Notes under the pieces: model-generated
Seen by the model: only the letters and a program-made list of their open reading frames with translations
Database searches by the model: none
Told to the model about the DNA's origin: nothing
DNA from: Klebsormidium nitens
Lineage: Eukaryota; Plantae; Klebsormidiophyceae
DNA length: 64,000 nucleotides
Reading direction: 5' to 3'
Assembly (NCBI GenBank): GCA_000708835.1
Contig: DF236966.1
Span: forward strand, 310,001 to 374,000
Translations under genes and position numbers: made by a program
Shown here: positions 61,273 to 64,000 of the stretch, piece after piece
Numbering within the stretch: position 1 is the stretch's first letter
How the letters are laid out: every line of letters begins with the position of its first letter

Positions 61273-61763
61273 NNNNNNNNNNNNNNNNNNNNNNNNNNNN
61301 NNNNNNNNNNNNNNNNNNNNNNNNNNNNNNNNNNNNNNNNNNNNNNNNNNNNNNNNNNNNNNNNNNNNNNNNNNNNNNNNNNNNNNNNNNNNNNNNNNNN
61401 NNNNNNNNNNNNNNNNNNNNNNNNNNNNNNNNNNNNNNNNNNNNNNNNNNNNNNNNNNNNNNNNNNNNNNNNNNNNNNNNNNNNNNNNNNNNNNNNNNNN
61501 NNNNNNNNNNNNNNNNNNNNNNNNNNNNNNNNNNNNNNNNNNNNNNNNNNNNNNNNNNNNNNNNNNNNNNNNNNNNNNNNNNNNNNNNNNNNNNNNNNNN
61601 NNNNNNNNNNNNNNNNNNNNNNNNNNNNNNNNNNNNNNNNNNNNNNNNNNNNNNNNNNNNNNNNNNNNNNNNNNNNNNNNNNNNNNNNNNNNNNNNNNNN
61701 NNNNNNNNNNNNNNNNNNNNNNNNNNNNNNNNNNNNNNNNNNNNNNNNNNNNNNNNNNNNNNN
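61273..61763. other. Assembly gap (491 N)
   Basis: Run of n characters. Confidence 1.
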
Positions 61764-62267
61764 CTTGTGTAAGCAAAGGAAGCGTCGGAGCGCATATATG
61801 GAGTCCTGATTGCGGTAGGATATCGACATGGTGAGCAATTTTCCGCACGAGACGTTGCACACACATGCATGGCTGCTTCAGCCTGGCGCTCGTTACGCCT
61901 CAACATCGAGTCGTCGACATGTGATCTTATGAACACAACCAAAGGACGCAACGCACCATCAGATATTGAGAATAAGCGAAATCTGAACAGCTTGTACACC
62001 CTCATTTTTCACATGGACAACCACTTTATGGCAAAACGTGAAGCGTACCTTCAGACGAGTGATTATAACGAAGCCGCTCAAACGAGCGGTCTCACCGAGT
62101 AAACGTAGAAACCTGACCCTATGCAGAGCAAGCTTTGCTCCTCAAATTGTCCTCTTTTTCAAAGGCAGCTACGAAGCTCCTCTCTGTACACGTGCACACA
62201 CCTTTCCCACCCCGCAGGGCGGCATTTCGCCCCGCAACCTACCCTGATAACCGACTCTTGCTCTACG

Positions 62268-63713
62268 TCAGCTCTGCGCACATTCTATTCTATGCACTCC
62301 CCCCTCCGCGTCCCCTGCGACCCGCAGCCGCTGTAGCAGCTCCATGGGTAGACCCACCACGCGTGGCCGCCACATGCTTTTCTGATTCTCCGCCATTACT
62401 TGGACCGTATCCAACGGCTGGGGGCCGGCGACGCCGCCCGAAACGGAAGACGGGTTCTCCGCGAGCGGGGACCAAATCTGCAATGTGCGCCAGCTCGATT
62501 ACGTAAGGTGACGGATCTAGCGCATCTTTGAGGGAGGTCCCTTGCGATGTACGGCAGACGGCGCAGTGGTAAAAGCACGACTACGGCGGGAGAAATCGAT
62601 GACAAGGGTTAGCAAGATATGATTCGAGACAAGCAGTTGTTTCTTCATTCACTGGTCTAAGATCCGCCGCGGGCAAAGCGATCCCAGGAAGCTTCTTTCA
62701 AAGTTGTTCTGCTTCGCTCCCATTCTCATTTGGAAAGCAGTCAGTCTCGTTGACCATGTGGTGAAGTGTGGTACCTCAGACCATTACCTCAATCCTTGGG
62801 GTTTTGACACGCTTCTTGATCAAATTCCGATCCAATCCCTTGAACTGCAAAATCCCTCGTGCGCTCCGGCACCCCTCACCTTGATCGTGTCGTCGATCCC
62901 GCTCGTCGCGACCGCGCAGTCGTACGGATGCGCCTGCACGCAATTCACCACGTTCTCATCCCCCGCCAGCACCTTCACGAGCTGCCCCGTGCGCGCCTCC
63001 CACACGAACCACCGCCCGTCATCGCTTCCGCTCGCGACAAACTCCCCGCCCCCCCCGAGGAAACTCGCCTGCTTGATATCCGTCCCCGTATTACAGTGCC
63101 CCACGTAACGCTGCACCATATCGAGCGCGTATTCCTCCGCATCTAGTACTTTCCGCCGCGCGGACTTTGTGTTGTGGGCCTCGCCGGAGGCCTCGTCCAG
63201 CCGCTCGCGGCTGCTTTTCCGCCCGCTAGAGCCCGCCGACCCGCCCGACAGGGCCCGCCGGTGCCCCTCGCTCCCGCGGCTCCCCTCGCTTTCCGCGCGC
63301 GCTTCGGGACCCATCCTCTCGCCCGTTTGATCCTTACGGCCCCCGTTCCCCCTACCCTCCAAGTCGAGGACCGACACCGGGCTATCCACTAGACCTAGGC
63401 TGGCCTGCTGGAAGGGTGACGTCAGCCCGGGGCTAGGTGGCGTCATACCGAAGCCTGGTGACGTCATCTCGGGGTAAGATGACGGCATCGCCGGCACGGG
63501 CAAGCTTGCTCCCGGGCCGCCAAGCCGCCGACAACCGGCGCCGGAGTCTTCACTGGTGGTCGACGGGGGGCTCGAGCTGCTGGCAAATTGGAAGTCGCCA
63601 CGTGGCAGCGTGCCAGGCCCTCGCATGGGAGGGTGGGAGGCCTCCGGGGCTGTGCTGCTACCGAGAAAGTCGCCCTCGAAGCTGGAGTCCATGTTGCCGT
63701 CGGATTCTTCGGC
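62268..63713 (-). CDS. ASG2: WD40/DWD protein, ASG2/WDTC1 (DCAF)-like; last two exons only (5' partial)
   Basis: Exons ~63713(or 63740)-62880 and 62477-62268. Motif MVQRYVGHCNTGTDIKQASFLG..FVASGSDDGRWFVWEARTGQLVKVLAGDENVVNCVQAHP..VATSGIDDTIK|IWSP. The protein ends in CAQS-stop (CaaX). Confidence 0.87.
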
Positions 63714-64000
63714 CTGTGAAGACAGCGAACCTTTCAGTTTCTAAAGATAAGCACGGTTTGGAGAAGGCTTTGTGCTTGCCTTTTCTGAAGCAGGTTGTGT
63801 AAGATGAACCAAATCTGATGAACCGGACAGGCGACAGTCAGATTGTTGGGAAGGACAGGGCGTGGCGAGGCGCTTTTTCAACAAGAGGGCAAGCATTAGG
63901 CGTCGACATGCTACTGGGTTCCTGCCACGGGACAATATCGGATACAATGACTTGACTTGCGGAAAAGCCATCGACACGTCTCCCCTGTAATCTCCGTCAT

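Noticed and set aside
61237-62005. ORFs spanning the X run
   Set aside because: Artefacts of translating through the N gap.

Overview
Intron-rich eukaryotic nuclear DNA with GC-rich exons. The gene set and style suggest a streptophyte alga such as Klebsormidium, but this is an inference. Hand splice-modelling (GT/GC-AG sites, phases checked) supports these genes in order: the 3' part of a PMI1/PMIR1-family chloroplast-movement gene with a C-terminal LysM (+); a U-box/vWA/Vwaint-like E3 ligase (+); a decayed P-loop (STAND/AAA+-like) NTPase pseudogene (+); a DHX36/DExH1-like RNA helicase (-, 19 exons); SPT5 (+, 18 exons), head-to-head with the helicase; an intronless F-box gene (+); and the 3' end of an ASG2/WDTC1-like WD40 gene ending in a CaaX box (-). 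There is a 491-N assembly gap. The most striking unexplained structure is 'exon echoes': introns repeatedly hold tandem, decaying copies of the adjacent exon end together with its splice site. Also notable are about 20 copies of the palindrome TGACGTCA, often near splice sites, and a small fold-back/MITE-like repeat family. No rRNA, tRNA or CRISPR was recognised.
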